From a virus (Duplodnaviria > Heunggongvirae > Uroviricota > Caudoviricetes), in IMG/VR virus record IMGVR_UViG_3300025896_000023: DNA of 64,000 nt; one strand, given 5' to 3'. Made by a program: the position numbers and the translations under genes. Shown one piece after another: positions 1-10,279 of this stretch (within the stretch, counting starts at the first letter, position 1; every line of letters begins with the position of its first letter). The notes beneath the pieces were generated by a model. It was not told where the DNA came from. It saw only the letters and a list, made by a program, of their open reading frames with translations, and made no database searches.

Positions 1-190
1 AATATGATGTTAAATTTCTTTTTGAAAAAGATGGTATTAAAATATATCGTTTTTATAATGAAGGTAGATACCATTATTTCACAACAAATGGCGAAACAAT
101 GACTTCACAGGTATCTAATAAAACATCGTACGAGGACAACATTCAGTAAAAATAAATCACATAAAGTTTTTTTATGTCGGATAAAAGGTT

Positions 191-223
191 TATATTTACA
201 TTATAATTAAAACAGATATAAAA
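191..223 (+). promoter_or_regulatory. conserved promoter-like module (TATATTTACATTATAATTAAAACA...ATG)
   Basis: Core copy upstream of cca-like gene. Confidence 0.5.
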
Positions 224-964
224 ATGGCTAAAATATTTAAAGTCGGAGGTTGCATCAGAGATAAATTTCTTGGATTAGATTCTAAAGATATTGATTTTAC
301 CTTCGTATTAGAAGATACGAAAGGGTTTACTGTTGAAGATGGTTTTCAAATCATGACGAACTGGATGACAGACCAAGGGTTTGAAATATTCTTAAGTACT
401 CCAGATTGTTTTACAATTCGTGCCAAATTTCCAAAAGATCATCAGTTCGCTGGATTAGTTGCAGATTTTGTAATGGCAAGAAAAGAGGTTGGATATGTCG
501 AAGGAACCCGTAGGCCTATTTTGGAATTGGGTACTCTTGAAGATGATTTACTTCGTAGAGATTTTACTCTGAATGCATTAGCAGAAGATATTGATGGTAA
601 TCTTATTGATCTATTCGATGGAGTAGAGGACCTAAAGGTTGGAATATTGAGAACTCCAATGGATGCTAACATTACAATGATGGATGACCCATTACGTATC
701 TTAAGAGCCCTGAGATTTACTATCACTAAAGATTTTCAAATGCATGCTGATATTTGGGAAGCTATGAAACAACCAAGCATTCTTAAGAAGCTAGAGCAAA
801 CTGTAAGTCACGAAAGAATCAGAGAAGAACTACTTAAAATGTTTCAATTTAACACACCAAGAACATTTAGATTGTTAATGGATGTAGATGAAATTATCCC
901 TGGGTTCTTAGAATTGATTTTTAAAGATGGAATGTGGTTACAACCCACTACTAAAAAAATATAA
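224..964 (+). CDS. cca: CCA-adding tRNA nucleotidyltransferase, class II, minimal head-domain form
   Basis: N-terminal GGCIRDKFLGLDSKDIDF (GGxVRDxxLGxxxxDxD) and RRDFTLNAL (RRD motif) are seen in the sequence; 246 aa. Confidence 0.75.
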   Translation: MAKIFKVGGCIRDKFLGLDSKDIDFTFVLEDTKGFTVEDGFQIMTNWMTDQGFEIFLSTPDCFTIRAKFPKDHQFAGLVADFVMARKEVGYVEGTRRPILELGTLEDDLLRRDFTLNALAEDIDGNLIDLFDGVEDLKVGILRTPMDANITMMDDPLRILRALRFTITKDFQMHADIWEAMKQPSILKKLEQTVSHERIREELLKMFQFNTPRTFRLLMDVDEIIPGFLELIFKDGMWLQPTTKKI

Positions 965-966
965 TT

Positions 967-1212
967 ATGAAAAAGTTTTTAGAATTTATCTGTTGGGAAT
1001 TAGTAGTACCATTAGTATCAAATGTTTTTATGTTTCTCATGGGAATGGTTATGTTTGGATGGGCTCTTAGTTTTTTTGGATTAATGGTATTTTTTGTGCC
1101 AAGTCCAATATGGGTAAGATGGGTTGTAGGGATCTTTGATTCTTTCTGTGCAATCATGATAATCTATGGATGGATATATGATGCATGGAAAGGGGGTTAT
1201 AAACAAAATTAA
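967..1212 (+). CDS. small multi-pass membrane protein
   Basis: 81 aa, hydrophobic helices throughout; starts 3 nt after the upstream stop. Confidence 0.4.
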   Translation: MKKFLEFICWELVVPLVSNVFMFLMGMVMFGWALSFFGLMVFFVPSPIWVRWVVGIFDSFCAIMIIYGWIYDAWKGGYKQN

Positions 1213-1231
1213 TTTTTTAAATATAATATTT

Positions 1232-1525
1232 ATGAAACAGGTAGAAGATAAAGAAATTTTAATATGTGAATGTCATTCAACTGACCATCAACTTGTAATA
1301 TTATACGAGGAAGACACGTTAGAGGGAGGACATACATATCCAATGTGTTATTTCCATATACATCTAGCAAAGAAACCATTTTGGCAACGAGTTAAGTATG
1401 GACTAAAATATATCTTTGGATATCAATGTAATTATGGTGCGTTTGATGAGTTTATATTTAACCCAAAGGATGCTGATAAATTACAAGAGTTGGTAAACTA
1501 TTTAAAAAAGATTAAAAATGATTAG
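1232..1525 (+). CDS. hypothetical protein (His/Cys-containing)
   Basis: ORF in the chain of + genes; track start 1166 overlaps the previous gene, so the internal ATG at 1232 was chosen. Confidence 0.35.
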   Translation: MKQVEDKEILICECHSTDHQLVILYEEDTLEGGHTYPMCYFHIHLAKKPFWQRVKYGLKYIFGYQCNYGAFDEFIFNPKDADKLQELVNYLKKIKND

Positions 1526-1922
1526 AGTATATTTAGATGATGTAAGAACTCCGGTTGATAAAGATTGGACGGTAGTAAGAAACTACGAAGAATTTGTTGA
1601 TACAGTTACTTACATTGGACTTGAGAACATTGACTTAATCTCGTTAGACCATGATTTAGGAGATACTGCCATGGCCGAATGGCAACGAAATGTTTATCAT
1701 AACTACGAATTAAATTACGATAATATTCTAGAAAAGACTGGAATGGATTGTACTAAATGGTTAGTAGAACAATGGATGGATGGAAGTCCAGTAGTTGATG
1801 TTGTAATCCATTCTGCGAATGCAATTGGTAGCGCAAATATGATGGGTTATATTAATAACTATCGACATATTCATAGGTTACCTCAAAATTGTGTAAGAGT
1901 ACGCATAGAACATACTGTATAA
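1518..1922 (+). CDS. hypothetical protein
   Basis: 134 aa ORF; ATGA overlap with the upstream gene. Confidence 0.45.
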   Translation: MIRVYLDDVRTPVDKDWTVVRNYEEFVDTVTYIGLENIDLISLDHDLGDTAMAEWQRNVYHNYELNYDNILEKTGMDCTKWLVEQWMDGSPVVDVVIHSANAIGSANMMGYINNYRHIHRLPQNCVRVRIEHTV

Positions 1923-1932
1923 ATCTTATATT

Positions 1933-2328
1933 ATGAATAATAATTTGATGACAAGAGAAGAGATGGATGCTTTCTTAGAAAGTATTGGAGGCTTAAACAA
2001 TGGTTATTTTACTGACAGGCCACCTATTAAGAGTCGAGGTTTCTTTTCAGTTTCTGACGGTTGGTTAGGAATTATTAAGAGATTGATTGAAGATCTTATA
2101 GAACTTGGATGGAACAAAGAAATTTGTCAAGTCAAAGAAAAGTTCGGTGGCCTTAGATTTTATATCAATAGCGGAAGCGAAGAGATTTGGCAACGTATTA
2201 GATTAGCTGAAGATGCTTCGTATATTACGTGTGAAAAATGCGGTGAATTAGGTCAAATCAGAGGAAATGGCTGGATTTCAACATTATGCGATGAACATAG
2301 CGGAGGCAAGAAAATTCTAGAAATTTAA
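1933..2328 (+). CDS. hypothetical protein with C-terminal Cys/His cluster
   Basis: 131 aa; KEKFGGLRFY then CEKCGE...CDEH zinc-ribbon-like spacing. Confidence 0.45.
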   Translation: MNNNLMTREEMDAFLESIGGLNNGYFTDRPPIKSRGFFSVSDGWLGIIKRLIEDLIELGWNKEICQVKEKFGGLRFYINSGSEEIWQRIRLAEDASYITCEKCGELGQIRGNGWISTLCDEHSGGKKILEI

Positions 2329-2366
2329 GATAGTTTCGAATATATAATTCTAAAAGGAATTTTATT

Positions 2367-3152
2367 ATGAAAGCATCTTTATTAAATATTAAAACATCAC
2401 CATTAGATGAAAGGGACATTATTATAGAAACAATAATTAGTCCAAATCTACAAATACAATCTGACGTAGATTATAGAAAAGATATGCCAGAAGTATGGGA
2501 CCAAGGAGAAGATGGTCCCTGTTCTAGTTTTGCAGCTGCTGCAATTAAAGCATGGCAGGAGAAGATGAATTATGGACTAAATGAGGAACTTTCACAATAT
2601 TTTATATACAATATAAGACCCGATAAATCAATCAAGGGAATTAACCCAAGGATTACCATGCGACTACTACAATCATGGGGAATACCTCGCAAGAAAATTT
2701 ATAATAATAAACCAATATCTGACGTTAACAAATTATCTAAAGAAATATTAGATGATGCAAAAAATCATAGAATACTTGGGTATGCTGCAGTAAATACAAT
2801 AGACGGTTTAAAGGGTTCTTTAATTAAAAATGGTCCAGCATATATTGCAATGCCAGTTTATAATGAAAGCGATACATTTTGGAAAGGTGGCAAAGGAGAT
2901 AAAATGTTAGGTGGACATGCGTTAGTAGTGGTAGGTTATAATAAGATTGGATTTATTATAAGAAATTCATGGGGTTCTAATTGGAATGGAGATGGACACA
3001 CAATATATCCTTACACTGAGTTTGGAATGCACCTAGAAATTTGGACATCAATTGACGATACAACATCAACTCGGCAAGTTCCTTCAACTACACCGAAACC
3101 AGAAAGAAAGGGTATTGCAGGATTGTTTAAAAGGATATTTGGTAAAAATTAA
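2367..3152 (+). CDS. papain-like (C1 family) cysteine peptidase
   Basis: Cys motif CSSFAAAA, His motif GGHALVVVGY, and NSWGSNWNGDG (Asn-Ser-Trp) in canonical order. Confidence 0.6.
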   Translation: MKASLLNIKTSPLDERDIIIETIISPNLQIQSDVDYRKDMPEVWDQGEDGPCSSFAAAAIKAWQEKMNYGLNEELSQYFIYNIRPDKSIKGINPRITMRLLQSWGIPRKKIYNNKPISDVNKLSKEILDDAKNHRILGYAAVNTIDGLKGSLIKNGPAYIAMPVYNESDTFWKGGKGDKMLGGHALVVVGYNKIGFIIRNSWGSNWNGDGHTIYPYTEFGMHLEIWTSIDDTTSTRQVPSTTPKPERKGIAGLFKRIFGKN

Positions 3153-3230
3153 CAAAAAATTAACACTTATTTTTTTCAAGTATTAAATATTATAGTTATA
3201 TTTACATATCTAATTTAAACAAATAAAATC
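3145..3230 (+). promoter_or_regulatory. class-B upstream unit: AAAAATTAACAAAAAATTAACAC tandem half-sites plus variant promoter core TATAGTTATATTTACATATC
   Basis: Half-sites overlap the upstream stop codon. Confidence 0.4.
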
Positions 3231-4205
3231 ATGAAAAAATTATTATTATTATCTGCAATTATATTATTAATGTCATGTGATCCTGGAGAAATTCGAGTAG
3301 ATCCTAAACCTACTCCTACACCTCCGATTGCAATTGTACCTACACCTCCGTTTGCATCCGATGTTCCATTACCACCAGATCCTATAATCGATACGCCAGT
3401 TCCTACTATAAATCTTTCAAATTTACCAGAATGGACATTGATTCCAGACCAAAAATTTGAGAATGCATTAATTGCACAGGGAATTGACGATATTTCCGAT
3501 GGAAGGGTATTAACAAGTAAGATATCAACGTTGAAAGTATTAAAGGTTGAACACGCTGGAGTAACTAATACTACTGGTCTTGAGAATTTCTTAAGTTTAG
3601 AATTTCTTTCTCTATGGGATAATCCAATAACTTCAATAGATCTTACACATAATGTTCTATTACAAATATTAGGATTAAGCGAAACCTATTTGGAAACAGT
3701 AGATTTATCTAAAAATACAGAATTATATAGCGCAGAATTTCAAGGAAATAGTGATAAAAATGAAGATCCAAACTATCCATGGGGTAAAACTAGAGGATTT
3801 ACATCATTGGATTTTAGTCATAATCTTAAACTTCAAAGAATTTATGTAATGTGCAATAGATTAACATCGCTAAATGTTAGAATGTTACCTAAACTAACTG
3901 ATTTATGGATAGGATGTTCATACACAGGACGCACTGGAGGAAATTATATTAAAACAATAGATCTTACTGGTAATCCACGCCTTGGAACATTCATAGTGGC
4001 AGGAGGAACCTTTGAATATATTGATGCCAGAAACGCAAATAGCTCAGGTAATATAATGGTTAATGTTGTACTTAAAAATAATCCAGATCTAACAAAGGTT
4101 AGAGTTACAAATTTAGCGTTAATTAAATCTGTTAATGCAATGACTAGACCTGAAGGTCAAAGAGAACCATGGTATTTTGATGCACATACTATTTTATTTG
4201 AATAA
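3231..4205 (+). CDS. lipoprotein with leucine-rich-repeat-like region
   Basis: Signal peptide plus lipobox MKKLLLLSAIILLMSCD; repeated LxxLxLxxN segments; Pro-rich linker. Confidence 0.5.
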   Translation: MKKLLLLSAIILLMSCDPGEIRVDPKPTPTPPIAIVPTPPFASDVPLPPDPIIDTPVPTINLSNLPEWTLIPDQKFENALIAQGIDDISDGRVLTSKISTLKVLKVEHAGVTNTTGLENFLSLEFLSLWDNPITSIDLTHNVLLQILGLSETYLETVDLSKNTELYSAEFQGNSDKNEDPNYPWGKTRGFTSLDFSHNLKLQRIYVMCNRLTSLNVRMLPKLTDLWIGCSYTGRTGGNYIKTIDLTGNPRLGTFIVAGGTFEYIDARNANSSGNIMVNVVLKNNPDLTKVRVTNLALIKSVNAMTRPEGQREPWYFDAHTILFE

Positions 4206-4241
4206 ATAAAGATATATAATAAATAAATAAAGATTAATAAA

Positions 4242-4712
4242 ATGGGATTACCATATAGTGGCCAAATATCGATGGGAAATATAAATACTGAGCTCGGAAG
4301 AGCAAGTAATACTCCTAATACGCAATTGGCAGGTGGATTAACTCCGACAATATCTTCTCTATTTGGATTGGCAGATTCAACAATAAATAAAGTAGCTCCT
4401 CATCGTATTTCAGAATTTTATGGTTATTCAAGGGATTATATATCATTCAGTGGATTATATTCAATTGGATATAATGGAAGCGTCAGTGGAACTGTTACCG
4501 TATCCGGGGGTCCACATAATTTTTCAGCAGGCGCAACTCAATTTGGAGGAGGAACAACGACTGCGAATATCGTAGTAAACGGTATAGCTAGAAGTCGTAC
4601 TCAAGCTGGAAATGGAACATCATATTCAACAACCTTTCAATTAGGAGAAGGAGTATATTCATATTCATTAAGTGTATCTTTGACCGGTAGTGGTAGTGGT
4701 TTTATAAATTAA
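4242..4712 (+). CDS. Gly/Ser/Thr-rich protein, paralog 1 of a tandem pair
   Basis: Shares YSGxISxGxINTE, EFYGY, SxYSIGYNGSxSGTVT and YxYSLSVS blocks with 4797..5237. Confidence 0.5.
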   Translation: MGLPYSGQISMGNINTELGRASNTPNTQLAGGLTPTISSLFGLADSTINKVAPHRISEFYGYSRDYISFSGLYSIGYNGSVSGTVTVSGGPHNFSAGATQFGGGTTTANIVVNGIARSRTQAGNGTSYSTTFQLGEGVYSYSLSVSLTGSGSGFIN

Positions 4713-4796
4713 AATATTTCTTAAAAATATAATATATCTATTAATATGAATGATATGTTAGACTAAATTAGATATATAAAAAAAAATAATAATAAT

Positions 4797-5237
4797 ATGA
4801 GTTTAGTATATAGCGGGGCAATTTCTTTAGGACAAATTAATACAGAAATGGGAGGACCTGGAACTAATAAAAGTTTAACTTCTAATTCGGTCAATGCAGG
4901 AAAGGCGCCAGACCATGGCATCCGAGAATTTTATGGTTATACACGAAAATACGTATCCTTTAGTTCATTATATTCTATAGGATATAACGGTAGCGCAAGT
5001 GGAACTGTTACAATAACGGGAGCAGCTAATTTTTCAGCAGCAGCACTAAAAACAAATACAGGTGGTATAAATGTTTCAATAACTGTTGGAGGAATTACCA
5101 GAACTGCATCGAGGTCTACTGCAGGAACTACATTTTCTACTACATTTCAACGAGGAACGGGTACATACGCATATTCGTTGAGTGTAAGTTCATTAGTCGG
5201 CTCTGGCTCTGGATACATAGACGTTGTAATGGTTTAA
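4797..5237 (+). CDS. Gly/Ser/Thr-rich protein, paralog 2 of a tandem pair
   Basis: Clear paralog of 4242..4712. Confidence 0.5.
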   Translation: MSLVYSGAISLGQINTEMGGPGTNKSLTSNSVNAGKAPDHGIREFYGYTRKYVSFSSLYSIGYNGSASGTVTITGAANFSAAALKTNTGGINVSITVGGITRTASRSTAGTTFSTTFQRGTGTYAYSLSVSSLVGSGSGYIDVVMV

Positions 5238-5274
5238 TTTTAAAATATTTTATTAATTCTAAAAAATTCATTAA

Positions 5275-6234
5275 ATGAATATTAAAGGAATTCATGTGTT
5301 TAAGGGAGTAAGTGAAAAATCTTACTCCGAACACATCTTATTGATTCAAACACTTTCTGCCCTAGAGTGGAAGAAAAATGGACCAATACATTTATATACT
5401 ACAGAAAAGGATTTAATCTTTTTCAAAAAAATGGGCATGGATGTTTTATATGATAATATAAATACTGATGTTCTTGAAGAGCCAGACGATATATATTGGC
5501 CACACTTCGGTGCTGCTACTAAAATGAAGGTTCTTAATTCCATTCAAGAATTTCCAGTTGCATTTATAGATAATGATTTAATTTATAAGGATAAATTAGA
5601 TGAGTCTATTTTAAATTATGATATAACCTATTTGCATGATGAAGGCAGATTTTGGAGAAATTATCCAGATGTGTCTTTATTGGGTAAAAGAAAGGATTAT
5701 CAATTTCCAAATATTCCGGAACTTAATACATGTAATCCCATTAATGTTGGATTCTTTATTATAAATAATAAAGAACTTAAAGAAAGATATTGCAAACTAG
5801 CATTAGATTTCATGACTAAAAATAATAGTTTATCTGCTCCTGTTAAATGGGCAAATCCTGACCTAAGAAAGTTTTGGAAACCATTATTTGCAGAACAACG
5901 ATTATTATCTGCAGTCGTCGATAATGGAGGATTTACAAGAAACCAATTATTTCCATATACATATTATGGAGATACTTGTAATTGGACGCATATTAAAGAA
6001 AATGTTAGAATTACCAGCGATAATTTATATAAAAAGGAAAAGTTTACATGGTTTCATTTATGGGGAGAAAAGGTGGCATACAAAAAGCCAGCATTTAAAC
6101 CTCTTAAAGTTATAATGTTTTATCAATTATTGAATGAATTATTTAATAGAAAAGACCAAAGAATCACACAAATTGCATGGAATATTTTGGATTGGTTAAA
6201 GAAATCAAATTCATCTAATGAATATAATATATGA
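5275..6234 (+). CDS. DXD-motif protein, paralog family member A (putative nucleotide-sugar glycosyltransferase-like)
   Basis: N-terminus IHVFKG...LSALEWKKNGPIHLYT...DVLYDNINTD aligns with 7818..8789; DXD-like VAFIDNDLIY. Confidence 0.4.
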   Translation: MNIKGIHVFKGVSEKSYSEHILLIQTLSALEWKKNGPIHLYTTEKDLIFFKKMGMDVLYDNINTDVLEEPDDIYWPHFGAATKMKVLNSIQEFPVAFIDNDLIYKDKLDESILNYDITYLHDEGRFWRNYPDVSLLGKRKDYQFPNIPELNTCNPINVGFFIINNKELKERYCKLALDFMTKNNSLSAPVKWANPDLRKFWKPLFAEQRLLSAVVDNGGFTRNQLFPYTYYGDTCNWTHIKENVRITSDNLYKKEKFTWFHLWGEKVAYKKPAFKPLKVIMFYQLLNELFNRKDQRITQIAWNILDWLKKSNSSNEYNI

Positions 6235-6977
6235 AAATAGAAGTAGTAACATTTGTAAATATATCTACAAATTATGCACGCAAATATAAAAAATGTATAG
6301 ATTCTCAGAGAGAATGGGCCCAATTACATGGAATGGGATATACTGTATTTGAATATGCTGCTAAAAATGATTTGCAAAATGATTGGGAATTTTATATTAA
6401 TTATTTTAATATAATAAGGGAAGATGGAATCTATTATCTTGGAATATTACCAAGTGTTATGATTTTAAATAAACATGAAAATCCATTTGAAAATATTCAA
6501 TGGGGTGGAATTCTTGTCAACTCATACGTAAATCCATCATTCTATATGTCGCCAAACATAACTGATGAATATTTATTAGAAACTATAATGTTTTCTAAAT
6601 TATTTAAAGATACTCCTACTAGTTTACCAATGTTAGGACTTAGAATTATTATTTGTAAGACAATTGATTATGTTGTAGAATATAAAGATTTGCATGTTGG
6701 CATGCCATATATTCAGGGTCTTTCATCTGGAATGGAAATGCACTTAGATACAAATAAAGAAGGTATTGTTGAAGTTTCGTATAGTCCTAGATTGTTAGAA
6801 GATGATCAGTTCTATCGACCTGGAGATTTTGCAGTTAATATTCCATTTAAAAATAACTTTGGGAAAGCATATATTATAGAATTCTCTCGTATTAAAAAAC
6901 AGATAGATAAGATAATGAAATTAGGAAAGAGTTTGGAACAAGATTTATCATATGAAAAAGGCAATTTGGGTTCTTGA
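6231..6977 (+). CDS. hypothetical protein
   Basis: 248 aa ORF overlapping neighbours by 4 nt, an operon-like arrangement. Confidence 0.4.
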   Translation: MKIEVVTFVNISTNYARKYKKCIDSQREWAQLHGMGYTVFEYAAKNDLQNDWEFYINYFNIIREDGIYYLGILPSVMILNKHENPFENIQWGGILVNSYVNPSFYMSPNITDEYLLETIMFSKLFKDTPTSLPMLGLRIIICKTIDYVVEYKDLHVGMPYIQGLSSGMEMHLDTNKEGIVEVSYSPRLLEDDQFYRPGDFAVNIPFKNNFGKAYIIEFSRIKKQIDKIMKLGKSLEQDLSYEKGNLGS

Positions 6978-7821
6978 AAATATTAAAGAATCTGACGATT
7001 TCTATGATGAATTAACAATTATTATGTTAATTGCAAGTATATGCTCATGGAAAAGGCATAATATTACATTTGATGAATTGCATTGCGATTCTAGAACACT
7101 AGAAAAATTAAAAGAATTTAATATATTACATCTATGGGATAACGTAGATACTTCGATCGTTGATTCCTATACATCCATTAATAAAACTACATTTTGGGCA
7201 AGTTCAAAGGTTAGAGTCCTACTTGCACAAAATGAGTGTGTTTCATTAATTGACACTGATTTTATTTCATATGCTCCTATTTATAATATTGGAAATGAAT
7301 ATCCTATAATCTATTCGCATGATGAAGATGGATTACAGTGGTATTGTGGAACAGAAGATCCCTATATTAAGAAAATAAAAGGATTGCCTATATGGCTAAT
7401 CCATACTCCAAATAAATCAGCGCTCAATGTATGTTATTTAAGTTTTAATGATATAGAAATCCAACAGGAATATGCAAAATATGCCGTGAAATGCATGGAA
7501 GAATTAAGTATGTATGATGCTCCAGTAGGGGTGCACATGGTCTGGGCAGAGCAAAAAATACTCAAACAGATTATTACACATCACCAAATCGAGTGTAAGA
7601 CATTGATTAAGAATGTATTCTCATGTGAATCTAAGAACTTTAAAGAAGATCTTTTTAACTATTCAGGGGAATGGACATATAATGAATCTTTAACTAAATA
7701 TTATCATGTTGGATTTGATAAAAAAGATCTTAGAAACGAAGGATCCGATTTAAAATTCTTATATATAATTTGTAGAGATTATATAGATATAGAGTCACTT
7801 AAACTTAAATTCACAAAATGA
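6952..7821 (+). CDS. DXD-motif protein, paralog family member B
   Basis: AIWVL...SWKRHNITF...; DXD-like VSLIDTDFIS; same architecture as members A and C. Confidence 0.4.
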   Translation: MKKAIWVLENIKESDDFYDELTIIMLIASICSWKRHNITFDELHCDSRTLEKLKEFNILHLWDNVDTSIVDSYTSINKTTFWASSKVRVLLAQNECVSLIDTDFISYAPIYNIGNEYPIIYSHDEDGLQWYCGTEDPYIKKIKGLPIWLIHTPNKSALNVCYLSFNDIEIQQEYAKYAVKCMEELSMYDAPVGVHMVWAEQKILKQIITHHQIECKTLIKNVFSCESKNFKEDLFNYSGEWTYNESLTKYYHVGFDKKDLRNEGSDLKFLYIICRDYIDIESLKLKFTK

Positions 7822-8789
7822 AAGCAATACATGTAAATTGGACTGCACCTTTTTTTAATAAAGAAAGACTAAGAGGACATGGATTTTCTATAACTAAAGA
7901 TTTAAATTCAATAGAGTATAGTATTCCCGACTATCAAATATTATATACAATTCTATCAATACTTAGATGGAAATTACATAATGGACCTATAAAATTATAC
8001 ACAGATTCAATAGGTTTAAATTATTATAAAACAATCGGAATAGATGCATTATACGATGATATCAATACTGAGTTTCTAGATAATTTAACGGGAGTCGATG
8101 CAGCGTATTACTGGACTTCTGGCAAAATACAAGCACTTCGAAACGAAAATGAACCATTTGTGTTTTTAGATCAGGATTTTATAGTTAGAGGAACCATACC
8201 AGAATCCTTTTATTATGGAGATATTGGAATTGGACACTGGGAAATTCCAAGAGGTAATTATTATTTTACTAAAAAACAGTGGGAGTCTGAAATTAAACAT
8301 GTTTCATTTCCTATAAATTATAATTGTAATGCATATTCACCTAATACATCTTTTGTTTATTTTGGATCTAATTCTGCCATTGATGAATACGTAAACGCAC
8401 ATAAAGAATTAATAAACTCCGGAGATAATGAAGTACCTGAGTGGTTTTGGTTAGCAACTGACCAAGGTATTTTAGGACATATTATTAGGGAACATGAATA
8501 TCACACAAATACATTAACAAATAGAATATTTTTAGCAGATAGCGATTATGCTAAAGTAGAAGATAGAAAGTTTGGATATTCTGAACAATGGTACTATCCA
8601 ACTGAATTTGATTCTAGTAAAAATGAATTAGAATGGGAACACGTTTGGTTAGCCAAGGTGGTATATGCGTCAAATCCTTTATTATTATCGAATGACTGCA
8701 CACGATTTTATGAAGAGATAAAAAACGTTTTTCCAGAATATTCTTATATTTTAAAAGAAACAAGATTAAAACAATATGAAAATAGTTAG
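7818..8789 (+). CDS. DXD-motif protein, paralog family member C
   Basis: IHVNWTAP...LRWKLHNGPIKLYT...DALYDDINTE; DXD-like FVFLDQDFIV. Confidence 0.4.
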   Translation: MKAIHVNWTAPFFNKERLRGHGFSITKDLNSIEYSIPDYQILYTILSILRWKLHNGPIKLYTDSIGLNYYKTIGIDALYDDINTEFLDNLTGVDAAYYWTSGKIQALRNENEPFVFLDQDFIVRGTIPESFYYGDIGIGHWEIPRGNYYFTKKQWESEIKHVSFPINYNCNAYSPNTSFVYFGSNSAIDEYVNAHKELINSGDNEVPEWFWLATDQGILGHIIREHEYHTNTLTNRIFLADSDYAKVEDRKFGYSEQWYYPTEFDSSKNELEWEHVWLAKVVYASNPLLLSNDCTRFYEEIKNVFPEYSYILKETRLKQYENS

Positions 8790-9564
8790 AGTTCTTTGGG
8801 GTAATAGTGATACTACATGGAATGAAATTCCTGAAAAACCACTATTCGATAATGAAATAGTATATGTATGGGGAACTGAAAATCAGGCAAGATTAATTTC
8901 TAGAGGATATAATACAATTATATTAGGACCTTATATCACACAACCAGAATACAGCAACATATATACTCATTTCGTGCATAAATTACATGCTCTTTCCGTT
9001 GCTGAAAAGGATTTCGAAGAATATCTATTTTTGGATTGGGATGTTAATATTGTAAAAAAAATAGATGACCAGTTCTGGGATTTAATAAGAAGCAATGGAC
9101 CTATACAGATTCCAACGTATAGTTATCCTAAAGGATATGAAAGTGTTGTATCAAAATTCTTATTAGATAATCCTGAAAATGAAAAGGTTAAGAATTTAGA
9201 TCCTAACATTATTAAATGGATTAATGTACAAAATACAATGTTAGAGAAATATAGCTGGGATTTTGAGGATATTAATGTTGTTCCTAATTTCTGTTTTTTT
9301 TATTCAAATGGTACAAATGCAATATCTAAACTTATGGAAATATATCGTAAATACAATATTAAAACATGTATTGAAGAATTTTGTATGTTTATTTTTGCAA
9401 ACTGCACACTTGAAGATTTTATAAATACATATGAACCTCTGGTTATTAATGGATGTAGAGATGATTATCATCATTTTGATAATTTAGATGACTATTCAAT
9501 ACTAAAAATAAATCAGCATGTAAAAACCATAATATATAAAAATATTTATCTAGTACATCAATAA
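8776..9564 (+). CDS. hypothetical protein (possible distant member of the same family; LFLDWDVN)
   Basis: 262 aa ORF in the same block. Confidence 0.35.
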   Translation: MKIVRVLWGNSDTTWNEIPEKPLFDNEIVYVWGTENQARLISRGYNTIILGPYITQPEYSNIYTHFVHKLHALSVAEKDFEEYLFLDWDVNIVKKIDDQFWDLIRSNGPIQIPTYSYPKGYESVVSKFLLDNPENEKVKNLDPNIIKWINVQNTMLEKYSWDFEDINVVPNFCFFYSNGTNAISKLMEIYRKYNIKTCIEEFCMFIFANCTLEDFINTYEPLVINGCRDDYHHFDNLDDYSILKINQHVKTIIYKNIYLVHQ

Positions 9565-9565
9565 T

Positions 9566-10279
9566 ATGCATTTTAAAGATCCAATAATAGAGTCAGGCAT
9601 CCAAGATATTAAATATCTAGCACCAATTCCAATATATCAACATCAATTTGAAGATGATGATTTCAGTAATAGAGTTTATGCATTTGGGTTTGAAACCTTA
9701 AATGAAAAACAAAAACAAATGGGACAAGAACTTCCAGGAAGATTTGATGATGAGAGGCAAGAAACATTCCAAGTATGGTATGACAGAGCAGATCAATGGG
9801 TAGAGGAAAATGAATTACAACCAATTGGCAGCAGATTTTGGACACCTCCTAATGATTTTTTAGATATTGATAATGTGGATGTTCATATAATTAGGCAAAG
9901 AATTGAAAATGGATATTTACATTTATTGAATTCTCTTGGATATTCACATGAATCAACTCCAATAATTACTGAAAGTTGGATGCAATATTATGATCCATAT
10001 AGCGGAAGAGGACATAATGCACATAATCACTGTAGATGGAGTGCAAGTGAAGCAAAACCAATGATGTTTAGTGGAGGTTACTACCTATCAGATGGATTAC
10101 CAATTAAAGACCATCCATACTCTGGAGTATTTGCGTTTCATATTAGAGGTATGAAATATTATATAAGACCCAAAAAAGGAATGTTAATTATTTGGCCTTA
10201 TGATATTATTCATTCTGTTGAGCCTTTTTATGGAGCAGAGCACCGATGTGTAATTAACTTTAATATACAACTCAAGTAA
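9566..10279 (+). CDS. putative 2OG-Fe(II) oxygenase-like protein
   Basis: C-terminal GMLIIWPYDIIHSVEPFYGAEHRCVINFN resembles the distal His plus Arg strand of phage 2OG oxygenases; HNAHNH upstream. Confidence 0.4.
   Translation: MHFKDPIIESGIQDIKYLAPIPIYQHQFEDDDFSNRVYAFGFETLNEKQKQMGQELPGRFDDERQETFQVWYDRADQWVEENELQPIGSRFWTPPNDFLDIDNVDVHIIRQRIENGYLHLLNSLGYSHESTPIITESWMQYYDPYSGRGHNAHNHCRWSASEAKPMMFSGGYYLSDGLPIKDHPYSGVFAFHIRGMKYYIRPKKGMLIIWPYDIIHSVEPFYGAEHRCVINFNIQLK

Noticed and set aside
442-726. Minus-strand ORFs in the supplied track that lie inside + strand genes: 442..726, 951..1157, 5140..5334, 5346..5543, 6123..6323, 9663..9845, 10596..10778, 11055..11243, 11723..11932, 12560..12892, 12939..13127, 16341..16565, 19141..19371, 19540..19725, 22306..22500, 23027..23212, 24962..25195, 26503..26709, 33636..33824, 34539..34799, 36079..36309, 38301..38519, 38915..39205, 40892..41116, 41746..41997, 42923..43225, 44482..44829, 45610..45792, 46480..46668, 48636..48830, 48921..49130, 49647..49886, 51430..51630, 53744..53986, 55454..55720, 57691..58026, 61920..62156, 62957..63160, 63272..63709
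   Set aside because: Each overlaps a longer + strand gene that has recognisable motifs or sits in the co-oriented, promoter-punctuated gene chain. They are AT-rich antisense frames and several are driven by repeats. Only 41305..41652 (minus) occupies a real gap.
5888-6115. Internal same-strand ORFs 5888..6115, 13075..13281, 53309..53530 (5' part) and 57888..58094
   Set aside because: They are nested in other frames of longer genes with no independent initiation context. For 53309..53530, only the 3' portion from ATG 53369 is kept as a possible micro membrane ORF.
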